Shown piece after piece: positions 42,519 through 61,868 of a stretch of 64,000 bases of DNA. Source of the stretch: the human T2T-CHM13v2.0 reference genome, Homo sapiens. Below the pieces are notes generated by a model. The model made no database searches, was not told the origin of the DNA, and saw only the letters and a list, made by a program, of their open reading frames with translations. The DNA is taken from the NCBI RefSeq assembly GCF_009914755.1, contig NC_060948.1; one strand, given 5' to 3'. The position numbers and the translations under genes are program-made. Position 1 is the stretch's first letter. Each line of letters opens with the position of its first letter.

Positions 42519-44623
42519 AGATCCATATTTTTTAAATGAAAAAAAATTTCAAAGGTACTCTGTTTGGTACAATAATCAAATGTATAAACTGAGGAATAAA
42601 ACATAACCATGAAACCTACTTATAACTGCATATGGAAAATACAGAGGATAATTTTTTAAATAACATATTTTGAAAGCCTTAACTAGTAATTTGAAGAGTT
42701 GGCATTTGAAAGGCCAGTATGAATATACCTTCAAAGCAGCAACACAGGTTCCCCATGAGAAAAAGCAAACACAGGGAAAATAAAAACACAAAGGTTCAAT
42801 CTCTTCTGACCTTTGAAAGACACAGCACAGACAGTGGTCCTTAGGACGAAGAGCAGGAGACCCCTAATTCCGTCACCATGGCGATAGGGCATAAACATTG
42901 CTGGGTGAGGGCACAATCCACATTGTGAGGTCCAACTGCTGCCAGGAAGACAGGAGTGCTTTTACATAGACCGAAAGGTCATTGAAGGCTCAGAGTTTTG
43001 TTTCAAGAACTGAATCCCAAGCCCACACGTTATTAGGCTGCGCTTCTTAAAACAAGTTATGAGATGGGAAAAAGGGCACCCACAAACATACGTATACATT
43101 ATGTATATAATAATATACAGTATCATATATATAATATATATAACCTATGTATAATATTGTTTTACATCCTGCATCTTATGTTATATATATTGTATAAAAT
43201 ATAATAATTGATAATATATAAGTTTTATAATTATACAATATGACATATAGTATATATTATAATTTATGACATATATAATATATGTTATATATCATATATA
43301 GAATATATTATATGGTTAATATACGTATTAAATATAAATTATACATTATATATATTATATATAATATATCTGTTATATATAATACCCATTATGCATAATA
43401 TATATATTATGTCTATGTTATATATAGTATAAAACAACATATAATAATATATAATTGTATATATAAAATGCGACATATAATATATATTATATTTTATAAC
43501 ATATGTAATATATATTATATATTATATATAATACGTTGTATGTATAATACCTATATTAAATATATATTATATGACTATGTTATTAATTACGTGTCACATG
43601 TGTTATATATTATATATTTTACATAGAATATACCGGTTACATACAATATATACTATGTTACCTATAATGTATAATTTATTACATGTAAAATAAAGAATGC
43701 AATATATTATGTATAATTTATAATATACAATATGTGGAATGTGATATATGTAACATATAATATATGATATATGATATACAGTATATGATATATAACATAC
43801 AATATATGATTCCTAATATATATGGTATACAATATATATTTTATGATATGTATTCTATATGTTTTATATTCTGTCATATATAACTATTTGAAATTATATA
43901 TAACTGTATAATATTTTATGTAAATATGTAATATAATATATATAACTATATAATATATTATATATAACTATATATTATGTTATATATACTTTTATAACAT
44001 TATTTACATAAAATATCATAATATAATATATATTATATTATTTCATATTACATATTATATATTACATATCACCCAATATAACTAACATACATAATATTAT
44101 AATATAGATTATATTATGTTATATTAAATATCATATATATCATGTATCATATATTCTATAATATATATTACACATTATATAATATGTATGTTGTCTATTA
44201 TGTGATATATATAACTATATATATAATTATATTTTTATACATATAACTAGATAAACATGTAATTCTACATATTTTCATTTATAATATGTAGAATTATATA
44301 ATCATATATAATCATTTATATTCTATAAAAAATTTTATCATTATATAAATTATAATATATAAAAATTATAATATGTACTACAAATATATATATTATATAT
44401 CATATATGATATAGTACCTTTGTTATATATCATAATACATATAAATGTGTATTATGTTATCTATAATTATATAATTTCATATATAAGATGTATAATATGT
44501 ATCATATATTATATATGTTATGTAATATATATAGTATATATAAGATGACACAGGATAAATATTATATACTATGACATATTAAATATATGAGGTTATATGT
44601 TACATATAAGGCATAGCACATAA

Positions 44624-44938
<315 letters not shown>

Positions 44939-47041
44939 AGATCCATATTTTTTAAATGAAAAAAAATTTCAAAGGTACTCTGCTTGGTACAATAATCAAA
45001 TGTATAAACTGAGGAATAAAACATAACCATGAAACCTACTTATAACTGCATATGGAAAATACAGAGGATAATTTTTTAAATAACATATTTTGAAAGCCTT
45101 AACTAGTAATTTGAAGAGTTGGCATTTGAAAGGCCAGTATGAATATACCTTCAAAGCAGCAACACAGGTTCCCCATGAGAAAAAGCAAACACAGGGAAAA
45201 TAAAAACACAAAGGTTCAATCTCTTCTGACCTTTGAAAGACACAGCACAGACAGTGGTCCTTAGGACGAAGAGCAGGAGACCCCTAATTCCGTCACCATG
45301 GCGATAGGGCATAAACATTGCTGGGTGAGGGCACAATCCACATTGTGAGGTCCAACTGCTGCCAGGAAGACAGGAGTGCTTTTACATAGACCGAAAGGTC
45401 ATTGAAGGCTCAGAGTTTTGTTTCAAGAACTGAATCCCAAGCCCACACGTTATTAGGCTGCGCTTCTTAAAACAAGTTATGAGATGGGAAAAAGGGCACC
45501 CACAAACATACGTATACATTATGTATATAATAATATACAGTATCATATATATAATATATATAACCTATGTATAATATTGTTTTACATCCTGCATCTTATG
45601 TTATATATATTGTATAAAATATAATAATTGATAATATATAAGTTTTATAATTATACAATATGAAATATAGTATATATTATAATTTATGACATATATAATA
45701 TATGTTATATATCATATATAGAATATATTATACGGTTAATATACGTATTAAATATAAATTATACATTATATATATTATATATAATATATCTGTTATATAT
45801 AATACCCATTATGCAAAATATATATATTATGTCTATGTTATATATAGTATAAAACAACATATAATAATATATAATTGTATATATAAAATGCGACATATAA
45901 TATATATTATATTTTATAACATATGTAATATATATTATATATTATATATAATACGTTGTATGTATAATACCTATATTAAATATATATTATATGACTATGT
46001 TATTAATTACATGTCACATGTGTTATATATTATATATTTTACATAGAATATACCGGTTACATACAATATATACTATGTTACCTATAATGTATAATTTATT
46101 ACATGTAAAATAAAGAATGCAATATATTATGTATAATTTATAATATACAATATGTGGAATGTGATATATATAACATATAATATATGATATATGATATACA
46201 GTATATGATATATAACATACAATATATGATTCCTAATATATATGGTATACAATATATATTTTATGATATGTATTCTATATGTTTTATATTCTGTCATATA
46301 TAACTATTTGAAATTATATATAACTGTATAATATTTTATGTAAATATGTAATATAATATATAACTATATAATATATTATATATAACTATATATTATGTTA
46401 TATATACTTTTATAACATAATTTACATAAAATATCATAATATAATATATATTATATTATTTCATATTACATAATATATACTACATATCACCCAATATAAC
46501 TAACATACATAATATTATAATATAGATTATATTGTGTTATATTAAATATCATATATATCATGTATCATATATTCTATAATATATATTACACATTATATAA
46601 TATGTATGTTGTCTATTATGTGATATATATAACTATATATATAATTATATTTTTATACATATAACTAGATAAACATGTAATTCTACATATTTTCATTTAT
46701 AAAATGCAGAATTATATAATCATATATAATTATTTATATTCTATAAAAAATTTTATCATTATACAAATTATAATATATAAAAATTATAATATGTACTACA
46801 AATATATATATTATATATCATATATGATATAGTACCTTTGTTATATATCATAATACATATAAATGTGTATTATGTTATCTATAATTATATAATTTCATAT
46901 ATAAGATGTATAATATGTATCATATATTATATATGTTATGTAATATATATAGTATATATAAGATGACACAGGATAAATATTATATACTATGACATATTAA
47001 ATATATGAGGTTATATGTTACATATAAGGCATAGCACATAA

Positions 47042-47356
<315 letters not shown>

Positions 47357-49459
47357 AGATCCATATTTTTTAAATGAAAAAAAATTTCAAAGGTACTCTG
47401 CTTGGTACAATAATCAAATGTATAAACTGAGGAATAAAACATAACCATGAAACCTACTTATAACTGCATATGGAAAATACAGAGGATAATTTTTTAAATA
47501 ACATATTTTGAAAGCCTTAACTAGTAATTTGAAGAGTTGGCATTTGAAAGGCCAGTATGAATATACCTTCAAAGCAGCAACACAGGTTCCCCATGAGAAA
47601 AAGCAAACACAGGGAAAATAAAAACACAAAGGTTCAATCTCTTCTGACCTTTGAAAGACACAGCACAGACAGTGGTCCTTAGGACGAAGAGCAGGAGACC
47701 CCTAATTCCGTCACCATGGCGATAGGGCATAAACATTGCTGGGTGAGGGCACAATCCACATTGTGAGGTCCAACTGCTGCCAGGAAGACAGGAGTGCTTT
47801 TACATAGACCGAAAGGTCATTGAAGGCTCAGAGTTTTGTTTCAAGAACTGAATCCCAAGCCCACACGTTATTAGGCTGCGCTTCTTAAAACAAGTTATGA
47901 GATGGGAAAAAGGGCACCCACAAACATACGTATACATTATGTATATAATAATATACAGTATCATATATATAATATATATAACCTATGTATAATATTGTTT
48001 TACATCCTGCATCTTATGTTATATATATTGTATAAAATATAATAATTGATAATATATAAGTTTTATAATTATACAATATGAAATATAGTATATATTATAA
48101 TTTATGACATATATAATATATGTTATATATCATATATAGAATATATTATACGGTTAATATACGTATTAAATATAAATTATACATTATATATATTATATAT
48201 AATATATCTGTTATATATAATACCCATTATGCAAAATATATATATTATGTCTATGTTATATATAGTATAAAACAACATATAATAATATATAATTGTATAT
48301 ATAAAATGCGACATATAATATATATTATATTTTATAACATATGTAATATATATTATATATTATATATAATACGTTGTATGTATAATACCTATATTAAATA
48401 TATATTATATGACTATGTTATTAATTACATGTCACATGTGTTATATATTATATATTTTACATAGAATATACCGGTTACATACAATATATACTATGTTACC
48501 TATAATGTATAATTTATTACATGTAAAATAAAGAATGCAATATATTATGTATAATTTATAATATACAATATGTGGAATGTGATATATATAACATATAATA
48601 TATGATATATGATATACAGTATATGATATATAACATACAATATATGATTCCTAATATATATGGTATACAATATATATTTTATGATATGTATTCTATATGT
48701 TTTATATTCTGTCATATATAACTATTTGAAATTATATATAACTGTATAATATTTTATGTAAATATGTAATATAATATATAACTATATAATATATTATATA
48801 TAACTATATATTATGTTATATATACTTTTATAACATAATTTACATAAAATATCATAATATAATATATATTATATTATTTCATATTACATAATATATACTA
48901 CATATCACCCAATATAACTAACATACATAATATTATAATATAGATTATATTGTGTTATATTAAATATCATATATATCATGTATCATATATTCTATAATAT
49001 ATATTACACATTATATAATATGTATGTTGTCTATTATGTGATATATATAACTATATATATAATTATATTTTTATACATATAACTAGATAAACATGTAATT
49101 CTACATATTTTCATTTATAAAATGCAGAATTATATAATCATATATAATTATTTATATTCTATAAAAAATTTTATCATTATACAAATTATAATATATAAAA
49201 ATTATAATATGTACTACAAATATATATATTATATATCATATATGATATAGTACCTTTGTTATATATCATAATACATATAAATGTGTATTATGTTATCTAT
49301 AATTATATAATTTCATATATAAGATGTATAATATGTATCATATATTATATATGTTATGTAATATATATAGTATATATAAGATGACACAGGATAAATATTA
49401 TATACTATGACATATTAAATATATGAGGTTATATGTTACATATAAGGCATAGCACATAA

Positions 49460-49774
<315 letters not shown>

Positions 49775-51877
49775 AGATCCATATTTTTTAAATGAAAAAA
49801 AATTTCAAAGGTACTCTGTTTGGTACAATAATCAAATGTATAAACTGAGGAATAAAACATAACCATGAAACCTACTTATAACTGCATATGGAAAATACAG
49901 AGGATAATTTTTTAAATAACATATTTTGAAAGCCTTAACTAGTAATTTGAAGAGTTGGCATTTGAAAGGCCAGTATGAATATACCTTCAAAGCAGCAACA
50001 CAGGTTCCCCATGAGAAAAAGCAAACACAGGGAAAATAAAAACACAAAGGTTCAATCTCTTCTGACCTTTGAAAGACACAGCACAGACAGTGGTCCTTAG
50101 GACGAAGAGCAGGAGACCCCTAATTCCGTCACCATGGCGATAGGGCATAAACATTGCTGGGTGAGGGCACAATCCACATTGTGAGGTCCAACTGCTGCCA
50201 GGAAGACAGGAGTGCTTTTACATAGACCGAAAGGTCATTGAAGGCTCAGAGTTTTGTTTCAAGAACTGAATCCCAAGCCCACACGTTATTAGGCTGCGCT
50301 TCTTAAAACAAGTTATGAGATGGGAAAAAGGGCACCCACAAACATACGTATACATTATGTATATAATAATATACAGTATCATATATATAATATATATAAC
50401 CTATGTATAATATTGTTTTACATCCTGCATCTTATGTTATATATATTGTATAAAATATAATAATTGATAATATATAAGTTTTATAATTATACAATATGAC
50501 ATATAGTATATATTATAATTTATGACATATATAATATATGTTATATATCATATATAGAATATATTATACGGTTAATATACGTATTAAATATAAATTATAC
50601 ATTATATATATTATATATAATATATCTGTTATATATAATACCCATTATGCATAATATATATATTATGTCTATGTTATATATAGTATAAAACAACATATAA
50701 TAATATATAATTGTATATATAAAATGCGACATATAATATATATTATATTTTATAACATATGTAATATATATTATATATTATATATAATACGTTGTATGTA
50801 TAATACCTATATTAAATATATATTATATGACTATGTTATTAATTACGTGTCACATGTGTTATATATTATATATTTTACATAGAATATACCGGTTACATAC
50901 AATATATACTATGTTACCTATAATGTATAATTTATTACATGTAAAATAAAGAATGCAATATATTATGTATAATTTATAATATACAATATGTGGAATGTGA
51001 TATATGTAACATATAATATATGATATATGATATACAGTATATGATATATAACATACAATATATGATTCCTAATATATATGGTATACAATATATATTTTAT
51101 GATATGTATTCTATATGTTTTATATTCTGTCATATATAACTATTTGAAATTATATATAACTGTATAATATTTTATGTAAATATGTAATATAATATATAAC
51201 TATATAATATATTATATATAACTATATATTATGTTATATATACTTTTATAACATAATTTACATAAAATATCATAATATAATATATATTATATTATTTCAT
51301 ATTACATAATATATACTACATATCACCCAATATAACTAACATACATAATATTATAATATAGATTATATTGTGTTATATTAAATATCATATATATCATGTA
51401 TCATATATTCTATAATATATATTACACATTATATAATATGTATGTTGTCTATTATGTGATATATATAACTATATATATAATTATATTTTTATACATATAA
51501 CTAGATAAACATGTAATTCTACATATTTTCATTTATAAAATGCAGAATTATATAATCATATATAATTATTTATATTCTATAAAAAATTTTATCATTATAC
51601 AAATTATAATATATAAAAATTATAATATGTACTACAAATATATATATTATATATCATATATGATATAGTACCTTTGTTATATATCATAATACATATAAAT
51701 GTGTATTATGTTATCTATAATTATATAATTTCATATATAAGATGTATAATATGTATCATATATTATATATGTTATGTAATATATATAGTATATATAAGAT
51801 GACACAGGATAAATATTATATACTATGACATATTAAATATATGAGGTTATATGTTACATATAAGGCATAGCACATAA

Positions 51878-52192
<315 letters not shown>

Positions 52193-54297
52193 AGATCCAT
52201 ATTTTTTAAATGAAAAAAAATTTCAAAGGTACTCTGTTTGGTACAATAATCAAATGTATAAACTGAGGAATAAAACATAACCATGAAACCTACTTATAAC
52301 TGCATATGGAAAATACAGAGGATAATTTTTTAAATAACATATTTTGAAAGCCTTAACTAGTAATTTGAAGAGTTGGCATTTGAAAGGCCAGTATGAATAT
52401 ACCTTCAAAGCAGCAACACAGGTTCCCCATGAGAAAAAGCAAACACAGGGAAAATAAAAACACAAAGGTTCAATCTCTTCTGACCTTTGAAAGACACAGC
52501 ACAGACAGTGGTCCTTAGGACGAAGAGCAGGAGACCCCTAATTCCGTCACCATGGCGATAGGGCATAAACATTGCTGGGTGAGGGCACAATCCACATTGT
52601 GAGGTCCAACTGCTGCCAGGAAGACAGGAGTGCTTTTACATAGACCGAAAGGTCATTGAAGGCTCAGAGTTTTGTTTCAAGAACTGAATCCCAAGCCCAC
52701 ACGTTATTAGGCTGCGCTTCTTAAAACAAGTTATGAGATGGGAAAAAGGGCACCCACAAACATACGTATACATTATGTATATAATAATATACAGTATCAT
52801 ATATATAATATATATAACCTATGTATAATATTGTTTTACATCCTGCATCTTATGTTATATATATTGTATAAAATATAATAATTGATAATATATAAGTTTT
52901 ATAATTATACAATATGACATATAGTATATATTATAATTTATGACATATATAATATATGTTATATATCATATATAGAATATATTATATGGTTAATATACGT
53001 ATTAAATATAAATTATACATTATATATATTATATATAATATATCTGTTATATATAATACCCATTATGCATAATATATATATTATGTCTATGTTATATATA
53101 GTATAAAACAACATATAATAATATATAATTGTATATATAAAATGCGACATATAATATATATTATATTTTATAACATATGTAATATATATTATATATTATA
53201 TATAATACGTTGTATGTATAATACCTATATTAAATATATATTATATGACTATGTTATTAATTACGTGTCACATGTGTTATATATTATATATTTTACATAG
53301 AATATACCGGTTACATACAATATATACTATGTTACCTATAATGTATAATTTATTACATGTAAAATAAAGAATGCAATATATTATGTATAATTTATAATAT
53401 ACAATATGTGGAATGTGATATATGTAACATATAATATATGATATATGATATACAGTATATGATATATAACATACAATATATGATTCCTAATATATATGGT
53501 ATACAATATATATTTTATGATATGTATTCTATATGTTTTATATTCTGTCATATATAACTATTTGAAATTATATATAACTGTATAATATTTTATGTAAATA
53601 TGTAATATAATATATATAACTATATAATATATTATATATAACTATATATTATGTTATATATACTTTTATAACATTATTTACATAAAATATCATAATATAA
53701 TATATATTATATTATTTCATATTACATATTATATATTACATATCACCCAATATAACTAACATACATAATATTATAATATAGATTATATTATGTTATATTA
53801 AATATCATATATATCATGTATCATATATTCTATAATATATATTACACATTATATAATATGTATGTTGTCTATTATGTGATATATATAACTATATATATAA
53901 TTATATTTTTATACATATAACTAGATAAACATGTAATTCTACATATTTTCATTTATAATATGTAGAATTATATAATCATATATAATCATTTATATTCTAT
54001 AAAAAATTTTATCATTATATAAATTATAATATATAAAAATTATAATATGTACTACAAATATATATATTATATATCATATATGATATAGTACCTTTGTTAT
54101 ATATCATAATACATATAAATGTGTATTATGTTATCTATAATTATATAATTTCATATATAAGATGTATAATATGTATCATATATTATATATGTTATGTAAT
54201 ATATATAGTATATATAAGATGACACAGGATAAATATTATATACTATGACATATTAAATATATGAGGTTATATGTTACATATAAGGCATAGCACATAA

Positions 54298-54612
<315 letters not shown>

Positions 54613-56715
54613 AGATCCATATTTTTTAAATGAAAAAAAATTTCAAAGGTACTCTGCTTGGTACAATAATCAAATGTATAAACTGAGGAATAAAACATAA
54701 CCATGAAACCTACTTATAACTGCATATGGAAAATACAGAGGATAATTTTTTAAATAACATATTTTGAAAGCCTTAACTAGTAATTTGAAGAGTTGGCATT
54801 TGAAAGGCCAGTATGAATATACCTTCAAAGCAGCAACACAGGTTCCCCATGAGAAAAAGCAAACACAGGGAAAATAAAAACACAAAGGTTCAATCTCTTC
54901 TGACCTTTGAAAGACACAGCACAGACAGTGGTCCTTAGGACGAAGAGCAGGAGACCCCTAATTCCGTCACCATGGCGATAGGGCATAAACATTGCTGGGT
55001 GAGGGCACAATCCACATTGTGAGGTCCAACTGCTGCCAGGAAGACAGGAGTGCTTTTACATAGACCGAAAGGTCATTGAAGGCTCAGAGTTTTGTTTCAA
55101 GAACTGAATCCCAAGCCCACACGTTATTAGGCTGCGCTTCTTAAAACAAGTTATGAGATGGGAAAAAGGGCACCCACAAACATACGTATACATTATGTAT
55201 ATAATAATATACAGTATCATATATATAATATATATAACCTATGTATAATATTGTTTTACATCCTGCATCTTATGTTATATATATTGTATAAAATATAATA
55301 ATTGATAATATATAAGTTTTATAATTATACAATATGAAATATAGTATATATTATAATTTATGACATATATAATATATGTTATATATCATATATAGAATAT
55401 ATTATACGGTTAATATACGTATTAAATATAAATTATACATTATATATATTATATATAATATATCTGTTATATATAATACCCATTATGCAAAATATATATA
55501 TTATGTCTATGTTATATATAGTATAAAACAACATATAATAATATATAATTGTATATATAAAATGCGACATATAATATATATTATATTTTATAACATATGT
55601 AATATATATTATATATTATATATAATACGTTGTATGTATAATACCTATATTAAATATATATTATATGACTATGTTATTAATTACATGTCACATGTGTTAT
55701 ATATTATATATTTTACATAGAATATACCGGTTACATACAATATATACTATGTTACCTATAATGTATAATTTATTACATGTAAAATAAAGAATGCAATATA
55801 TTATGTATAATTTATAATATACAATATGTGGAATGTGATATATATAACATATAATATATGATATATGATATACAGTATATGATATATAACATACAATATA
55901 TGATTCCTAATATATATGGTATACAATATATATTTTATGATATGTATTCTATATGTTTTATATTCTGTCATATATAACTATTTGAAATTATATATAACTG
56001 TATAATATTTTATGTAAATATGTAATATAATATATAACTATATAATATATTATATATAACTATATATTATGTTATATATACTTTTATAACATAATTTACA
56101 TAAAATATCATAATATAATATATATTATATTATTTCATATTACATAATATATACTACATATCACCCAATATAACTAACATACATAATATTATAATATAGA
56201 TTATATTGTGTTATATTAAATATCATATATATCATGTATCATATATTCTATAATATATATTACACATTATATAATATGTATGTTGTCTATTATGTGATAT
56301 ATATAACTATATATATAATTATATTTTTATACATATAACTAGATAAACATGTAATTCTACATATTTTCATTTATAAAATGCAGAATTATATAATCATATA
56401 TAATTATTTATATTCTATAAAAAATTTTATCATTATACAAATTATAATATATAAAAATTATAATATGTACTACAAATATATATATTATATATCATATATG
56501 ATATAGTACCTTTGTTATATATCATAATACATATAAATGTGTATTATGTTATCTATAATTATATAATTTCATATATAAGATGTATAATATGTATCATATA
56601 TTATATATGTTATGTAATATATATAGTATATATAAGATGACACAGGATAAATATTATATACTATGACATATTAAATATATGAGGTTATATGTTACATATA
56701 AGGCATAGCACATAA

Positions 56716-57030
<315 letters not shown>

Positions 57031-59133
57031 AGATCCATATTTTTTAAATGAAAAAAAATTTCAAAGGTACTCTGCTTGGTACAATAATCAAATGTATAAA
57101 CTGAGGAATAAAACATAACCATGAAACCTACTTATAACTGCATATGGAAAATACAGAGGATAATTTTTTAAATAACATATTTTGAAAGCCTTAACTAGTA
57201 ATTTGAAGAGTTGGCATTTGAAAGGCCAGTATGAATATACCTTCAAAGCAGCAACACAGGTTCCCCATGAGAAAAAGCAAACACAGGGAAAATAAAAACA
57301 CAAAGGTTCAATCTCTTCTGACCTTTGAAAGACACAGCACAGACAGTGGTCCTTAGGACGAAGAGCAGGAGACCCCTAATTCCGTCACCATGGCGATAGG
57401 GCATAAACATTGCTGGGTGAGGGCACAATCCACATTGTGAGGTCCAACTGCTGCCAGGAAGACAGGAGTGCTTTTACATAGACCGAAAGGTCATTGAAGG
57501 CTCAGAGTTTTGTTTCAAGAACTGAATCCCAAGCCCACACGTTATTAGGCTGCGCTTCTTAAAACAAGTTATGAGATGGGAAAAAGGGCACCCACAAACA
57601 TACGTATACATTATGTATATAATAATATACAGTATCATATATATAATATATATAACCTATGTATAATATTGTTTTACATCCTGCATCTTATGTTATATAT
57701 ATTGTATAAAATATAATAATTGATAATATATAAGTTTTATAATTATACAATATGAAATATAGTATATATTATAATTTATGACATATATAATATATGTTAT
57801 ATATCATATATAGAATATATTATACGGTTAATATACGTATTAAATATAAATTATACATTATATATATTATATATAATATATCTGTTATATATAATACCCA
57901 TTATGCAAAATATATATATTATGTCTATGTTATATATAGTATAAAACAACATATAATAATATATAATTGTATATATAAAATGCGACATATAATATATATT
58001 ATATTTTATAACATATGTAATATATATTATATATTATATATAATACGTTGTATGTATAATACCTATATTAAATATATATTATATGACTATGTTATTAATT
58101 ACATGTCACATGTGTTATATATTATATATTTTACATAGAATATACCGGTTACATACAATATATACTATGTTACCTATAATGTATAATTTATTACATGTAA
58201 AATAAAGAATGCAATATATTATGTATAATTTATAATATACAATATGTGGAATGTGATATATATAACATATAATATATGATATATGATATACAGTATATGA
58301 TATATAACATACAATATATGATTCCTAATATATATGGTATACAATATATATTTTATGATATGTATTCTATATGTTTTATATTCTGTCATATATAACTATT
58401 TGAAATTATATATAACTGTATAATATTTTATGTAAATATGTAATATAATATATAACTATATAATATATTATATATAACTATATATTATGTTATATATACT
58501 TTTATAACATAATTTACATAAAATATCATAATATAATATATATTATATTATTTCATATTACATAATATATACTACATATCACCCAATATAACTAACATAC
58601 ATAATATTATAATATAGATTATATTGTGTTATATTAAATATCATATATATCATGTATCATATATTCTATAATATATATTACACATTATATAATATGTATG
58701 TTGTCTATTATGTGATATATATAACTATATATATAATTATATTTTTATACATATAACTAGATAAACATGTAATTCTACATATTTTCATTTATAAAATGCA
58801 GAATTATATAATCATATATAATTATTTATATTCTATAAAAAATTTTATCATTATACAAATTATAATATATAAAAATTATAATATGTACTACAAATATATA
58901 TATTATATATCATATATGATATAGTACCTTTGTTATATATCATAATACATATAAATGTGTATTATGTTATCTATAATTATATAATTTCATATATAAGATG
59001 TATAATATGTATCATATATTATATATGTTATGTAATATATATAGTATATATAAGATGACACAGGATAAATATTATATACTATGACATATTAAATATATGA
59101 GGTTATATGTTACATATAAGGCATAGCACATAA

Positions 59134-59448
<315 letters not shown>

Positions 59449-61576
59449 AGATCCATATTTTTTAAATGAAAAAAAATTTCAAAGGTACTCTGCTTGGTAC
59501 AATAATCAAATGTATAAACTGAGGAATAAAACATAACCATGAAACCTACTTATAACTGCATATGGAAAATACAGAGGATAATTTTTTAAATAACATATTT
59601 TGAAAGCCTTAACTAGTAATTTGAAGAGTTGGCATTTGAAAGGCCAGTATGAATATACCTTCAAAGCAGCAACACAGGTTCCCCATGAGAAAAAGCAAAC
59701 ACAGGGAAAATAAAAACACAAAGGTTCAATCTCTTCTGACCTTTGAAAGACACAGCACAGACAGTGGTCCTTAGGACGAAGAGCAGGAGACCCCTAATTC
59801 CGTCACCATGGCGATAGGGCATAAACATTGCTGGGTGAGGGCACAATCCACATTGTGAGGTCCAACTGCTGCCAGGAAGACAGGAGTGCTTTTACATAGA
59901 CCGAAAGGTCATTGAAGGCTCAGAGTTTTGTTTCAAGAACTGAATCCCAAGCCCACACGTTATTAGGCTGCGCTTCTTAAAACAAGTTATGAGATGGGAA
60001 AAAGGGCACCCACAAACATACGTATACATTATGTATATAATAATATACAGTATCATATATATAATATATATAACCTATGTATAATATTGTTTAACATCCT
60101 GCATCTTATGTTATATATATTGTATAAAATATAATAATTGATAATATATAAGTTTTATAATTATACAATATGACATATAGTATATATTATAATTTATGAC
60201 ATATATAATATATGTTATATATCATATATAGAATATATTATACGGTTAATATACGTATTAAATATAAATTATACATTATATATATTATATATAATATATC
60301 TGTTATATATAATACCCATTATGCATAATATATATATTATGTCTATGTTATATATAGTATAAAACAACATATAATAATATATAATTGTATATATAAAATG
60401 CGACATATAATATATATTATATTTTATAACATATGTAATATATATTATATATTATATATAATACGTTGTATGTATAATACCTATATTAAATATATATTAT
60501 ATGACTATGTTATTAATTACGTGTCACATGTGTTATATATTATATATTTTACATAGAATATACCGGTTACATACAATATATACTATGTTACCTATAATGT
60601 ATAATTTATTACATGTAAAATAAAGAATGCAATATATTATGTATAATTTATAATATACAATATGTGGAATGTGATATATGTAACATATAATATATGATAT
60701 ATGATATACAGTATATGATATATAACATACAATATATGATTCCTAATATATATGGTATACAATATATATTTTATGATATGTATTCTATATGTTTTATATT
60801 CTGTCATATATAACTATTTGAAATTATATATAACTGTATAATATTTTATGTAAATATGTAATATAATATATATAACTATATAATATATTATATATAACTA
60901 TATATTATGTTATATATACTTTTATAACATTATTTACATAAAATATCATAATATAATATATATTATATTATTTCATATTACATATTATATATTACATATC
61001 ACCCAATATAACTAACATACATAATATTATAATATAGATTATATTATGTTATATTAAATATCATATATATCATGTATCATATATTCTATAATATATATTA
61101 CACATTATATAATATGTATGTTGTCTATTATGTGATATATATAACTATATATATAATTATATTTTTATACATATAACTAGATAAACATGTAATTGTACAT
61201 ATTTTCATTTATAATATGTAGAATTATATAATCATATATAATTATTTATATTCTATAAAAAATTTTATCATTATATAAATTATAATATATAAAAATTATA
61301 ATATGTACTACAAATATATATATTATATATCATATATGATATAGTACCTTTGTTATATTTCATAATACATATAAATGTGTATTATGTTATCTATAATTAT
61401 ATAATTTCATATATAAGATGTATAATATGTATCATATATTATATATGTTATGTAATATATACAGTATATATAAGATGACACAGGATAAATATTATATACT
61501 ATGACATATAAAATATATGAGGTTATATGTTACATATAAGGCATAGCACATAACATGTAATATATATCATATATAA

Positions 61577-61868
61577 TTTTTTTTTAGACAGAATCTTGTC
61601 CTGTTGCACAGGGTGGGGTACAATGGGGCCATCTTTGCTCACTGCAACTTCTGCCTCACGGGTCCAAGCGATTGTCCTCCCTCAGCCTCCCAGGTAGCTG
61701 GGACTTCACCACACTGGGACTACACCAGCTGCCACCATGCCTAGCTAATTTTTTGGATTTTTAGTAGTGACAGCGTTTCACTGTATTGGCCAGGATGGTC
61801 TTGATCTCTTCACCTTGTGATCCCCTTGCCTTGGCCTCCAAATTTGCTGGGATTACAGGCCTGAGCCA
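61577..61868 (-). mobile_element. Diverged Alu, unit 26
   Basis: Same element; private G61627 (new GGCC site) and GGACTTCAC. The next Alu tail begins at 63997. Confidence 0.9.
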